IMG/VR virus record: IMGVR_UViG_3300020165_001964
Length of the DNA: 64,000 bases
Source: a virus
Strand: one strand, 5' to 3'
Of this stretch, positions 38,135-48,060 are shown piece by piece. Numbering within the stretch: position 1 is the stretch's first letter; each line of letters begins with the position of its first letter. Below the pieces are notes generated by a model that saw nothing but the letters and a program-made list of their open reading frames with translations, ran no database searches and was not told the DNA's origin. Made by a program: the position numbers and the translations under genes.

Positions 38135-38217
38135 AAAATTAAAAAACTTTGTATTATCTGCTGTATATATAATACTTATTTATCGGAGAAAACAAGTTTT
38201 AAATTAAGGAGACAAGA

Positions 38218-40236
38218 GTGGGACATAAGTTTAAATTATCAGAGAATTTTATAAATAAATTCAAAAGAAAAAAACCACCATTTGGTTTTAATGGATTGGG
38301 AGAGTTGGTTTACATGAGAACCTATTCCAGAATTAAAGAAGATGGAAAGAATGAAAGATGGTGGGAAACTGTCCAAAGGGTTGTAGAGGGAACATATTCA
38401 ATGCAAATGAATCACATTGAATCACATCAGTTAGGTTGGAATCCTTGGCAAGCACAGAAATCTGCACAAGATATGTATGAAAGAATCTTCAACATGAAGT
38501 TCTTACCACCAGGTCGTGGTTTATGGGCAATGGGAACAGCAATCACAGAAGAAAAAGGATTATATGCTGCACTAAACAATTGTGCGTTCGTATCAACAAA
38601 AACAATTAAAGAAGATTATTCCAAACCATTTTGTTTCCTAATGGATGCAAGTATGTTAGGTGTTGGAGTAGGTTTTGATACTAAAGGAGCGGGGGAAATA
38701 GTTGTTAAAGGTGTTGATATCAAACGAGATGAACAAACTTTTCAAATACCAGATACTCGTGAGGGTTGGGTAGAATCTTTAAGATTATTATTAGAGAGTT
38801 ACTTTCATGGACAAGCACCAGTTCATTTTGATTATAGTTTAATCAGACCTGCAGGAGTTCCAATCAAAGGTTTTGGTGGAGTTAGTTCAGGCCCAGACCC
38901 ATTAGAAGAAGTTCACGAAAGTGTTAGACAAGTATTAGAGGGTAACACAGGTAATCCAATCACAATCACCACAATCGTAGATATTATGAATTTAATCGGT
39001 AAATGTGTTGTGGCAGGTAATGTAAGAAGAACTGCAGAGATTGTATTCGGAGACCCACACAATGAAGAGTATTTAGATTTAAAAAATTACAAAGTAAATC
39101 CACACAGAGAACAATTTGGTTGGACATCTAATAATAGTATATTCGCTGAGTTAGGTATGGATTATACAGAAGCCTCAAAGAGAATAGCAGATAATGGAGA
39201 ACCAGGTTTTGCGTGGTTAGAAAATATGAGAAAGTATTCTCGTATGAAGAATGGTGGAGATAACAAAGACCATAGAGTTATGGGTGGTAATCCTTGTTTG
39301 GAACAATCACTTGAATCCTATGAGTTATGTTGTTTAGTGGAAACATTTCCAGCAAATCACGATTCATTAGAGGATTATCAAAGAACATTAAAGTATGCTT
39401 ATTTGTATGCAAAGACTGTTACATTAGGTAGAACACACTGGTCAGATACCAATAGAGTTATGTTGAGAAACAGACGAATTGGTTGTTCAGTAAGTGGTAT
39501 TGCTCAATTCATTACCAATCGTGGATTAAATGAGTTGAAAAATTGGTTAGAAGAGGGATATGATACTATACAAGAATGGGATGATATCTATTCAGATTGG
39601 TTTGCTATTCCAAAATCAATTAAAACCACAAGTGTAAAACCAAGTGGGACAGTTTCTTTGTTAGCAGGTTCAACACCTGGATTACATTATCCTGAATCAA
39701 GATTCTATACAAGAAGAATTAGAATATCAATTAATTCTGATTTAGTTGAACCATTGAAAAAAGCAGGTTATAAAATCGAACCAGCATTTGGTTCAGAGGA
39801 TTCAACATTAGTAGTTGAAGTTCCTGTCGATGTAGGAGAGGGTATAAGGACAGTCGGAGAACTATCCATATGGGAACAATTCAGTTTGGCAGCATTTATG
39901 CAAAGACATTGGGCTGATAACCAAGTGAGTTGTACTGTCACCTTTAATCCAGAAACAGAAGCTGATATGATACCACAAGTATTAAACTATTATCAATATC
40001 ACCTAAAGGGTATTTCTCTTTTACCAAGACACGATTACGGAGCATATCGACAAATGCCTTATGAAGCGATTGATGAAAAAACATATAATAAAGATGTTAA
40101 GAAGTTAGGTAAACTAAACTTCGGAGTAATCAAAGCTGAAGAAGCAAATGTAGAGAAGTTTTGTGATGGTGATTTTTGTGATGTAGAAATCACACCTACG
40201 ACAGGTGATAATGACGACCAAGATTATGCGAACTAA
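38218..40236 (+). CDS. nrdJ: Class II (adenosylcobalamin-dependent) ribonucleotide reductase, monomeric RTPR type
   Basis: FLPPGRGLW, LNNCAF, VAGNVRRTA, NPCLEQ, VKPSGTVS and C-terminal CDGDFC; no small-subunit gene nearby. Confidence 0.85.
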   Translation: MGHKFKLSENFINKFKRKKPPFGFNGLGELVYMRTYSRIKEDGKNERWWETVQRVVEGTYSMQMNHIESHQLGWNPWQAQKSAQDMYERIFNMKFLPPGRGLWAMGTAITEEKGLYAALNNCAFVSTKTIKEDYSKPFCFLMDASMLGVGVGFDTKGAGEIVVKGVDIKRDEQTFQIPDTREGWVESLRLLLESYFHGQAPVHFDYSLIRPAGVPIKGFGGVSSGPDPLEEVHESVRQVLEGNTGNPITITTIVDIMNLIGKCVVAGNVRRTAEIVFGDPHNEEYLDLKNYKVNPHREQFGWTSNNSIFAELGMDYTEASKRIADNGEPGFAWLENMRKYSRMKNGGDNKDHRVMGGNPCLEQSLESYELCCLVETFPANHDSLEDYQRTLKYAYLYAKTVTLGRTHWSDTNRVMLRNRRIGCSVSGIAQFITNRGLNELKNWLEEGYDTIQEWDDIYSDWFAIPKSIKTTSVKPSGTVSLLAGSTPGLHYPESRFYTRRIRISINSDLVEPLKKAGYKIEPAFGSEDSTLVVEVPVDVGEGIRTVGELSIWEQFSLAAFMQRHWADNQVSCTVTFNPETEADMIPQVLNYYQYHLKGISLLPRHDYGAYRQMPYEAIDEKTYNKDVKKLGKLNFGVIKAEEANVEKFCDGDFCDVEITPTTGDNDDQDYAN

Positions 40237-40252
40237 GAAAAGTTTCACATAC

Positions 40253-40287
40253 TACTGGCAGGCGACACACCAGTATAAAAATGTGTC
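40253..40287 (+). promoter_or_regulatory. H-type RNA pseudoknot in the leader of the TonB-dependent receptor
   Basis: TACTGG/CCAGTA (40253-58/40270-75) and GACACA/TGTGTC (40264-69/40282-87) with an A-rich loop. Confidence 0.55.
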
Positions 40288-40317
40288 ATTCACAAGTAAA
40301 CAAACAAGGAGATGATT

Positions 40318-43074
40318 ATGAATAATTATCGTAATCTTATCGCATCAGTATTTATGATGGCAGGATTGTATGCACAATCTATTGTCGGAGTTGTTACTGA
40401 TGTTGACTCACAACCACTTGAGGGAGCTAATATTGTAGTTGTAGGAACAGATGTAGGTGGAGTATCAGATAATTCTGGTGCTTTCAAAATTGATGTTCTA
40501 TCAGGTACATACGATGTAACTGCTTCTTTCATAGGTTACTCTTCAATAACGAAATCAGTAGTTGTTGAGGATATAGTTTCAAGTGTTAATTTCATATTAG
40601 AAATTGATTTCTTGGGATTATCAGATGTAGAGGTGTTAGCATCTCGTGCATCTGAAACAACACCTGTTGCTTACACTAATGTTAGTAAAGCTGAAATGGA
40701 TGTTCGTCTTGGTTCACAAGACATTCCAATGATTCTTAACACAACACCAAGTGTATATGCAACCCAACAAGGTGGTGGTGCGGGTGATGCTCGTATCAAC
40801 ATTCGAGGTTTTAATCAACGAAATGTTGCAGTAATGATAAATGGTGTACCACAGAATGACATGGAGAATGGTTGGGTGTACTGGTCTAATTGGGACGGAG
40901 TTGGTGATGCTACATCATCTATTCAGGTTCAAAGAGGACTAAGTGCAGTTAATCTTGCGACTCCATCCATTGGTGGAACAATGAACATTATTACAGACCC
41001 AACCGCGATGGAAAAAGGTGGAAAGTTCAAACAAGAAGCTGGAGATGGGGGTTTTCTAAAGACTACCGCTACCTACCATACTGGTCTCATCGGAGATAAG
41101 TTAGCTTTAAGTGGAACAATTGTTCGTAAAACTGGTGATGGAATTATCGATGGGACATGGACAGATGCATGGGCCTATTATTTCGGTGGTTCTTACGCCG
41201 TAAGTGAAGACCAAAGAGTTGAGTTGTACGCAATAGGTGCACCACAACGACACGGTCAGAACTTATACAAACAAAACATAGCAACATACTCACAAGAGCT
41301 TGCAGGTGATGTTGATGGATATGATACTGATGCATTTGCAGATGGTAACAAATTCGAAACTGAAGCAGGTAGGTTCTACAATCAAAATTGGGCACCAGTA
41401 GATGAATCATACACTGGTCAACAATATTGGTATATGTATGGAGCAAAAACAACCGATAGATTCAATAAAGGTTTTATAAATGAGAGAGAAAACTTCTTTC
41501 ATAAACCATTAGTGAATCTAAATCACTTCTTAACAATAAATGACAAGACTCGTTTGAGTTCAGTTCTTTATTGGAGTGGTGGTTCTGGTGGTGGTACTGG
41601 TACATATGGTAGTGTTTCAAGAACACCTGCAGTTGAGGGAGAAAGATGGTATGCATCTTCGCCTTGGATGTGGGATTGGAACGCAGAGATAGAACAAAAC
41701 AGAACAAACTTCGATGCTGATTATTCTGAAACAGATGCTCGTTCAACAGGTATTCTTCGTAACTCAATTAATCGTCAAGATACATATGGTTTGATTTCAA
41801 AATTAAACTACATTGTTAATGATGAACTTGAATTACAAGTTGGATTAGACTGGAGAACAGCAGGTATCGAACACGCTCGTGAGGTTCGTGATTTATTAGG
41901 TGGAGACTACTATGTAGATTTCGCTGATGATAATGCACCTGATGGGAAAGTTGTTGGTTTAGGTGATATCATTGCCTATCATAATGAAACCACAGTCGAT
42001 TGGATTGGTGGATTTTTACAAGGTAATTATAATACTGAAAAATTAAACCTATATGGTATGGGTGGATTATCAAGTATTACATACTCTTATGAAGACCACT
42101 TTGCTGTTAATGTAGATGAAGATGGGAACACCATTGATAATCTTGTTAAAGCAGATGCAATCACGACCTATCAGTTAAAAGGTGGTGGATTATATAACAT
42201 TAACGATAATCTTGGAGTATTCCTAAACGCAGGTTTAGTTGAAAAAGCACCAATATTAGACAATGTTATCTACTACGATGGTACAGTCTCAACAGACCCA
42301 GCAAATGAAAAATTCATTGCTAGTGAGTTTGGAGTGAACTATGGAACTGAAAGGTTCGGAGTTAAAGTTAGTGCTTATAACACCGATTGGAAAGATAGAA
42401 ACCTTACTAAATCTGTTTCAACAGGTCAAGGTTCATCAGGTGATACTGATATTATCTTCTTAACAGGTGTTGACCAAAACCATAAAGGTATTGAGATTGA
42501 AACTAAAGTAAAACCACACGATATGGTTGAACTTGATTTCATCGCATCTTATGGTAGTTGGAAGTTCGTTGGTGATGCCGATGGTACTTACCAAGAACAA
42601 GAGTTTAATGATGATAACCAAGTAATTGGTGTTCAGACTACAGATTACTCTTATGCACTTGATGGATTATGGGTTGGTGATATGCCACAAACATCTTATA
42701 TTTTAGGTGTTACTCTTAAACCAATTAAAGGTTTGAGATTACAGGCATTGTACAAAACATATGACAGAAACTTTGCTGATTGGTCACCTGATTCTCGTGA
42801 GATTGAGGGTGATGCCGACAGAACACAAGTTTGGGAAGCCCCAGGTTATTCTAAACTTGATTTACATGCATCATACAATCTTCCAAGTGTTGCTGGTTTA
42901 GATTTGACTCTTACAGGTCATATCTTCAACGCACTTGATGATGTATTTGTACAAGATGCAGTTGACAATAGTCAATACAATGGGTATGGTGATAAACTTC
43001 ACTTACCACATAACGCAGAGGTATTCTTAGGAACACCACGATATGCAAACATTGGATTGACTGTTAATTTCTAA
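40318..43074 (+). CDS. TonB-dependent outer-membrane receptor with N-terminal carboxypeptidase-regulatory-like domain
   Basis: Signal peptide, PLEGANIVV...SFIGY domain, plug motif INIRGF...VMINGVP...IQVQRG, beta-barrel ending GLTVNF. SD favours ATG at 40318. Confidence 0.9.
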   Translation: MNNYRNLIASVFMMAGLYAQSIVGVVTDVDSQPLEGANIVVVGTDVGGVSDNSGAFKIDVLSGTYDVTASFIGYSSITKSVVVEDIVSSVNFILEIDFLGLSDVEVLASRASETTPVAYTNVSKAEMDVRLGSQDIPMILNTTPSVYATQQGGGAGDARINIRGFNQRNVAVMINGVPQNDMENGWVYWSNWDGVGDATSSIQVQRGLSAVNLATPSIGGTMNIITDPTAMEKGGKFKQEAGDGGFLKTTATYHTGLIGDKLALSGTIVRKTGDGIIDGTWTDAWAYYFGGSYAVSEDQRVELYAIGAPQRHGQNLYKQNIATYSQELAGDVDGYDTDAFADGNKFETEAGRFYNQNWAPVDESYTGQQYWYMYGAKTTDRFNKGFINERENFFHKPLVNLNHFLTINDKTRLSSVLYWSGGSGGGTGTYGSVSRTPAVEGERWYASSPWMWDWNAEIEQNRTNFDADYSETDARSTGILRNSINRQDTYGLISKLNYIVNDELELQVGLDWRTAGIEHAREVRDLLGGDYYVDFADDNAPDGKVVGLGDIIAYHNETTVDWIGGFLQGNYNTEKLNLYGMGGLSSITYSYEDHFAVNVDEDGNTIDNLVKADAITTYQLKGGGLYNINDNLGVFLNAGLVEKAPILDNVIYYDGTVSTDPANEKFIASEFGVNYGTERFGVKVSAYNTDWKDRNLTKSVSTGQGSSGDTDIIFLTGVDQNHKGIEIETKVKPHDMVELDFIASYGSWKFVGDADGTYQEQEFNDDNQVIGVQTTDYSYALDGLWVGDMPQTSYILGVTLKPIKGLRLQALYKTYDRNFADWSPDSREIEGDADRTQVWEAPGYSKLDLHASYNLPSVAGLDLTLTGHIFNALDDVFVQDAVDNSQYNGYGDKLHLPHNAEVFLGTPRYANIGLTVNF

Positions 43075-43084
43075 TAATGTAATT

Positions 43085-43110
43085 TGGGGGGATTTATTTC
43101 CCCCCATTTA
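43085..43110 (+). terminator. Terminator-like hairpin
   Basis: TGGGGGGA/TCCCCCCA stem. Confidence 0.6.
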
Positions 43111-43134
43111 TATTAAAAAAGTTATAAATAATAC

Positions 43135-43164
43135 TTGACACATATATGCTTTTTTCACTATATT
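43135..43164 (+). promoter_or_regulatory. Sigma70-like early promoter TTGACA-N18-TATATT
   Basis: Same ACTTGACA-N18-TATATT at 59138-59169. Confidence 0.7.
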
Positions 43165-43190
43165 CACATATGAAAAACAAAGGATATATT

Positions 43191-43526
43191 ATGAACTTAA
43201 ATGAGACAATTTACAATAGTAATCATATAATGGGTGTAGAAGACTTAAGTGTTAACACTCGTGAGATTCCATTCAATCAGTTAATGACAGAATTTTGTGA
43301 TGATTATGATTCAAGTGATAATTGTGAAGAATTTGCGGTTGTATGGAAAGAGTATCATGGAGAACTACAAATAGAACAGATTTATAACCACGAGACAGGT
43401 GAAATATATTGGGAAGATAACTTCGATGATGTAGATACACCAAGTGGTAGAGATTGGAACCCTAACGATGAAATACTTTATTGCAGTATTTTAATGTGGG
43501 GTGAGTTGGAACAAACTATAGGATAA
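43191..43526 (+). CDS. Acidic hypothetical early protein
   Basis: ATG at 43191 after AAGGA (43170 also possible). Confidence 0.55.
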   Translation: MNLNETIYNSNHIMGVEDLSVNTREIPFNQLMTEFCDDYDSSDNCEEFAVVWKEYHGELQIEQIYNHETGEIYWEDNFDDVDTPSGRDWNPNDEILYCSILMWGELEQTIG

Positions 43527-43529
43527 TTA

Positions 43530-46034
43530 GTGTATAAGAACATATATTACGAGAAAAGACGAAACAAAATTCATGTATGGGATGACAAACGCGGACATCT
43601 CATTGTACCTTATAAGAAATATGCATATGTAAAGAATGCAGCAGGTTACCACCACACCTTAGATGGTGATAAAGTAAAGAAAGTATACAAGTGGGATGAT
43701 GATGACCCCAATTTATTCGAGAGTGATGTTCCTATCACCACAAGATTTTTAGTAGACCAATATACAGATTCAGATGATGCAAGTGAGGGATGTAAAACTT
43801 TTTTCTTTGATATCGAGGTAGAAGTTGTAGATGGTTTTCCAGATGTAACAAAAGCAAACGAGAAGATAACTTCTATTGCGTTCTATGATGAGATGATAGA
43901 AAAGTATTATTGTTATACTTTAGATGAACAGAAAACTATGCAGAATTATGAAAAGGATGATGAGATAGTTGAGTTATTTACAAGTGAACACGACCTATTA
44001 ACAAAGTTTTATCAGAAGTATGCAGAGATATCACCTGATATATTAAGTGGTTGGAATTCAGAGTTCTTTGATATCCCTTATCTATATAATCGTAGTGTAA
44101 ATGTATTAGGTAGAGAAGTTGCAAATATGTTATCACCTATTCGTGATGTATATTATAATGAATACAAAAAGAAACATAATATTGCTGGTATCAGTTGTTT
44201 AGATTATCTCACATTATATCGTAAGTTCTCGCCAATCCAACAATCAAGTTATAGATTAGATTATATCGGTGAAGTAGAAGTTGGTATGAAAAAGATTGAG
44301 TATCAAGGAACACTTAATGATTTGTATGAAAAAGATTTAGATAAGTTTATTAAATATAACATTCGAGATGTACGAATCCTAATCGAGTTAGATAAAAAGT
44401 TAGATTTTATTGGTATTGCAAGAGGTATAGCACATCTTGGTCATGTACCTTATGAAGATGTTATGATGAGTTCAAGATATCTTGAGGGTGCTATCTTGGT
44501 TTACCTAAAGAAGATGGGTATTGTTGCACCAAACAAACCAAAGAATGTTTATAAGAGAGGTGAGGATGATAAGTTTGAAGGTGCATATGTACAGAAACCA
44601 CAAGCAGGTAGACACGATTGGGTATATGATTTAGATATCACAAGTATGTATCCAAGTGTTATTCGTTCTTTAAATATATCACCAGAAACAAAGGTTGGTA
44701 AAGTAGAGGGTTGGGATTCAGTTGAGTTCGTAAAGGGTGATACTATAAAGAATTACACTTTAAAGAATGGACATGGTAAAACAATTGACACAGTCGATAA
44801 TAAACAATTAAAATCCTATTTAGAAGAGACAGGGTTAAGTATATCATCTAATGGTATTATGTATCGTACAGATAAACAAGGATTGATTCCTGCACTTCTA
44901 ACCAAATGGTTCGAAGAAAGAGTTGAGATGAGGAAACTTGTTAATAAATTCCACGAACAAGGTGATAAAAAGAAATCTCAATATTTTGATAGGAGACAAT
45001 ACCTACAGAAAATTTTGTTAAACTCATTGTATGGTGTGTTAGGATTACCAGTATTTAGATTTTATGATTTGGATAACGCAGAGGCAACCACATCTACAGG
45101 TCAAGCCTTAATTAAGTTCAGTAAGAAGATTACAAACCACTTTTATAACAAAGAGTTGGGTAATACAGAAGACTATGTGATTTATATAGATACTGATAGT
45201 ATTTTTGCCTCTGCGGTTCCATTGATAGAGAATAGGTTTCCAAATCAAAAGTTAAGTGAAACCATGATGACTCAGAGAATTATGGAAGTTTGTGGTGAGG
45301 TACAAGATTTCTTAAATGAGAGTTATAATTACTTTGCAAAACAATTCTTAAATATAGATAACCATGTGTTTGATATTAAACAAGAGGTGGTTGCAAAAAC
45401 TGCATTATTCATTACGAAGAAACGATATGGATTAAGAATTATAAATGATGCAGGTAGAAAGTGTGATAAGGTTCATGTTAAGGGTTTAGATACAGTCAGA
45501 AGTAACTTTGCAATTGCTATGAAATCATTGTTATCAGATGTATTGGAAGATATCTTGGCAAATGTTCCTAAAGAACAAATCGATGAACGAATTAGTAAGT
45601 TCAAAAGAAATATGCATATGTTACATTATGATGTAATGGCAAATCCAATCGGTGTAAAGGGTATTGGTAAGTATGAAGTAACGGATGAGGATTCATCTTT
45701 CAGTAAATTTAAAAAGGGTGCACCTGTCCATGTGAAATCCGCAATCAATTACAATTCATTATTACAACATTGGTTCGAGGGTAGAAAATATGAGAAGATT
45801 GGTAATGGTAGTAAGATTAAATGGGTGTATTTAAAAGAGAATACATTTGGATTTGACACCATAGGATATAAAGGTTGGGAAGACCCACCACAAATATTAG
45901 ATTTTATTAAAAATCACATTGACCACAATAGAATGTTTGAACAAGCGATGAGTAAGAAACTCGGTATGTTTTATAAAGCTATGAAGTGGGAAGATGTAGT
46001 AGACAAAGAACAAAGTATTGAAAGATTTTTTTGA
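43530..46034 (+). CDS. Family-B DNA polymerase (gp43-like)
   Basis: FFDIEV, GWNSEFFDIPY, DLDITSMYPS, KILLNSLYG, YIDTDS and KKRYGL. Confidence 0.95.
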   Translation: MYKNIYYEKRRNKIHVWDDKRGHLIVPYKKYAYVKNAAGYHHTLDGDKVKKVYKWDDDDPNLFESDVPITTRFLVDQYTDSDDASEGCKTFFFDIEVEVVDGFPDVTKANEKITSIAFYDEMIEKYYCYTLDEQKTMQNYEKDDEIVELFTSEHDLLTKFYQKYAEISPDILSGWNSEFFDIPYLYNRSVNVLGREVANMLSPIRDVYYNEYKKKHNIAGISCLDYLTLYRKFSPIQQSSYRLDYIGEVEVGMKKIEYQGTLNDLYEKDLDKFIKYNIRDVRILIELDKKLDFIGIARGIAHLGHVPYEDVMMSSRYLEGAILVYLKKMGIVAPNKPKNVYKRGEDDKFEGAYVQKPQAGRHDWVYDLDITSMYPSVIRSLNISPETKVGKVEGWDSVEFVKGDTIKNYTLKNGHGKTIDTVDNKQLKSYLEETGLSISSNGIMYRTDKQGLIPALLTKWFEERVEMRKLVNKFHEQGDKKKSQYFDRRQYLQKILLNSLYGVLGLPVFRFYDLDNAEATTSTGQALIKFSKKITNHFYNKELGNTEDYVIYIDTDSIFASAVPLIENRFPNQKLSETMMTQRIMEVCGEVQDFLNESYNYFAKQFLNIDNHVFDIKQEVVAKTALFITKKRYGLRIINDAGRKCDKVHVKGLDTVRSNFAIAMKSLLSDVLEDILANVPKEQIDERISKFKRNMHMLHYDVMANPIGVKGIGKYEVTDEDSSFSKFKKGAPVHVKSAINYNSLLQHWFEGRKYEKIGNGSKIKWVYLKENTFGFDTIGYKGWEDPPQILDFIKNHIDHNRMFEQAMSKKLGMFYKAMKWEDVVDKEQSIERFF

Positions 46035-46097
46035 TTTTGAGAATTCTTGTATATATGTATATATAGAGAGATTAAATAACAATTAACAAATGGAGAA

Positions 46098-46832
46098 ATG
46101 GTTATGAACAAAAATGCGTTACTAAGGTTTATCAATAAATACACTCTCGGTGGAGAGATTAAATCTGTGAAGTGGTCTTCCGATGGAACGGCACTATCTA
46201 CGAGGTTTATCTCAGGTGATAAATCATTGGTGGGTTCAGTAAAACTTGATAAAATTAAGGATATTGGTCCAAGTGATGTTGGTGTATATAATACATCACA
46301 ATTAGTTGCTCTTCTAAATATATTGGGGGAAGATGTCGACTTCCAATATCAACAGATGGGTGATAAGTTTGTAAGTGTTGAGATGGCAGATACTCATGGT
46401 ACTAAATCAAAGTATATGTTGAGTGATTTATCAGTTATCCCTACACCACCAGACTTAAAAAATCTACCAAGTGAGTGGGATTTAGAAATCGAAGTAGATT
46501 CCTATTTCATTAATACATTCATTGGTGGTAAAAGTGCGTTACCTGATACAGATACATTCACTATTGCTAATTCAGATGGTAAGATAGAAGTTATCATTGG
46601 TTTTAGTAATCAGGCAACAAACAGAGTTACAATTCCTGTCAAAGGTGATTTGACTGGTAAGTTAGATGTTGTATCATTTAATGCAACAATGTTTGCTAAT
46701 ATTCTAAACGCTAATAAAGAATGTCAGAAGGCAGTTCTTAAAGTTAGTTCACAAGGTATTGCAACGATTAGTTTTAATATTGATGATTACTATTCGGAGT
46801 ACTACTTAGTAGCAACACAACAAGTTAACTAA
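46098..46832 (+). CDS. Sliding clamp (gp45-like)
   Basis: Size, position after the polymerase, GVYNTSQL and terminal YYLVA. Confidence 0.7.
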   Translation: MVMNKNALLRFINKYTLGGEIKSVKWSSDGTALSTRFISGDKSLVGSVKLDKIKDIGPSDVGVYNTSQLVALLNILGEDVDFQYQQMGDKFVSVEMADTHGTKSKYMLSDLSVIPTPPDLKNLPSEWDLEIEVDSYFINTFIGGKSALPDTDTFTIANSDGKIEVIIGFSNQATNRVTIPVKGDLTGKLDVVSFNATMFANILNANKECQKAVLKVSSQGIATISFNIDDYYSEYYLVATQQVN

Positions 46833-48046
46833 TGTACTTAGAGTACTTTAACAAGTTCAAGAATATGGAACCATATCTTTTTATTGGTGAAGAGGAATGG
46901 GAACACATCAAGAATACTTTTGATAAAGACGATGTAAAAGAATCTTTGGCAAAAGTTGCGATGGAATATCCCATTCCTTATGCCAGTATTTCTGAGGATG
47001 ATGCATTTGATGCTCTCAAGAAACTAAAGGGTATGAGACACAACGAAATACTCGTTGAGGGAGAATGGTTCGCTCGTGAGGGTACTGATTTTAAATACGA
47101 TTTAACATTCGAGGGTAAACAACAATACTTTAAACGAATCAATACTGGTAACAAAGCAAGTAATTTCTTTCAACAAGTAAATCGATGGAGTGTTGATGGT
47201 ACAATTGCACCAGGTCCAAAGAGAACTTGGGAAACCGAAAAGTATATGACGAGTTTGATGGGTTCTGCATACTCACTTAAGTTATCAAAGATAGATGCAG
47301 GTAACTTGAGAATTATGTTGAGTTTGAGAAAATATATTTGTTCTCAATTTAAACCAAATGTTGCCAAGGTATTGTATGATAAGTTAGGAAGTAAAAGTAT
47401 ATTGGATTTCTCAGCAGGTTGGGGAGATAGATTGGCTGGATTCTATGCAAGTGAAACAGGTGAGTTTTACATGGGTATAGACCCACGAAAAGAAAATCAT
47501 CCCATCTATCATGAACAATCAGAGTTCTACGATAAACACAGAACTATGTTTGAAGTTCCTAAGAAGAGTATGTTTGTAGAACATCCTGCAGAGGATTTTG
47601 AATACAAAAAGAATTCGTATGATACGGTCTTTACATCACCACCTTATTTTAATGTTGAGAGATATAGTTATGATGATACACAAAGTTGGGTTAGATATAA
47701 AACTATTGATGAGTGGAATAAAAACTTTTTACAACATACACTAAAAAAAATATGGCCTTCTATCAAGAGAGGTGGATATTTATTAGTGAACATAAGTGAT
47801 GTTTACGCAAGTAGTGGTGGTAGTAAGAAGTGGTTAGAGATATGTAATCCTATGAATGATTTCTTAAGTACACTAAGTGATTCAGAGTATCAAGGTTGTA
47901 TTGGAATGGAGATGGCTAAACGACCTAATAGTGGTGGGGCAGGAACAGCATCAGAAGATAGATACAAAGACGAAACAAAGGAACTGGCAGAACAGACGAA
48001 AGATAAAACATTTTGTGAACCAATATGGGTATGGAAAAAGTATTAA
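46832..48046 (+). CDS. Amino-DNA methyltransferase-like protein
   Basis: Motif I LDFSAGWGDRL and motif IV FTSPPYF. Confidence 0.75.
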   Translation: MYLEYFNKFKNMEPYLFIGEEEWEHIKNTFDKDDVKESLAKVAMEYPIPYASISEDDAFDALKKLKGMRHNEILVEGEWFAREGTDFKYDLTFEGKQQYFKRINTGNKASNFFQQVNRWSVDGTIAPGPKRTWETEKYMTSLMGSAYSLKLSKIDAGNLRIMLSLRKYICSQFKPNVAKVLYDKLGSKSILDFSAGWGDRLAGFYASETGEFYMGIDPRKENHPIYHEQSEFYDKHRTMFEVPKKSMFVEHPAEDFEYKKNSYDTVFTSPPYFNVERYSYDDTQSWVRYKTIDEWNKNFLQHTLKKIWPSIKRGGYLLVNISDVYASSGGSKKWLEICNPMNDFLSTLSDSEYQGCIGMEMAKRPNSGGAGTASEDRYKDETKELAEQTKDKTFCEPIWVWKKY

Positions 48047-48060
48047 CAAAAAGGAATAAC

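Noticed and set aside
38161-38176. LexA/SOS box-like CTGTATATATAA upstream of nrdJ
   Set aside because: The second half-site (ACAG) is absent.
40237-40317. Cobalamin riboswitch ahead of the TBDR
   Set aside because: The region is only about 80 nt and lacks the B12-box and core consensus. Only a small pseudoknot is supported.
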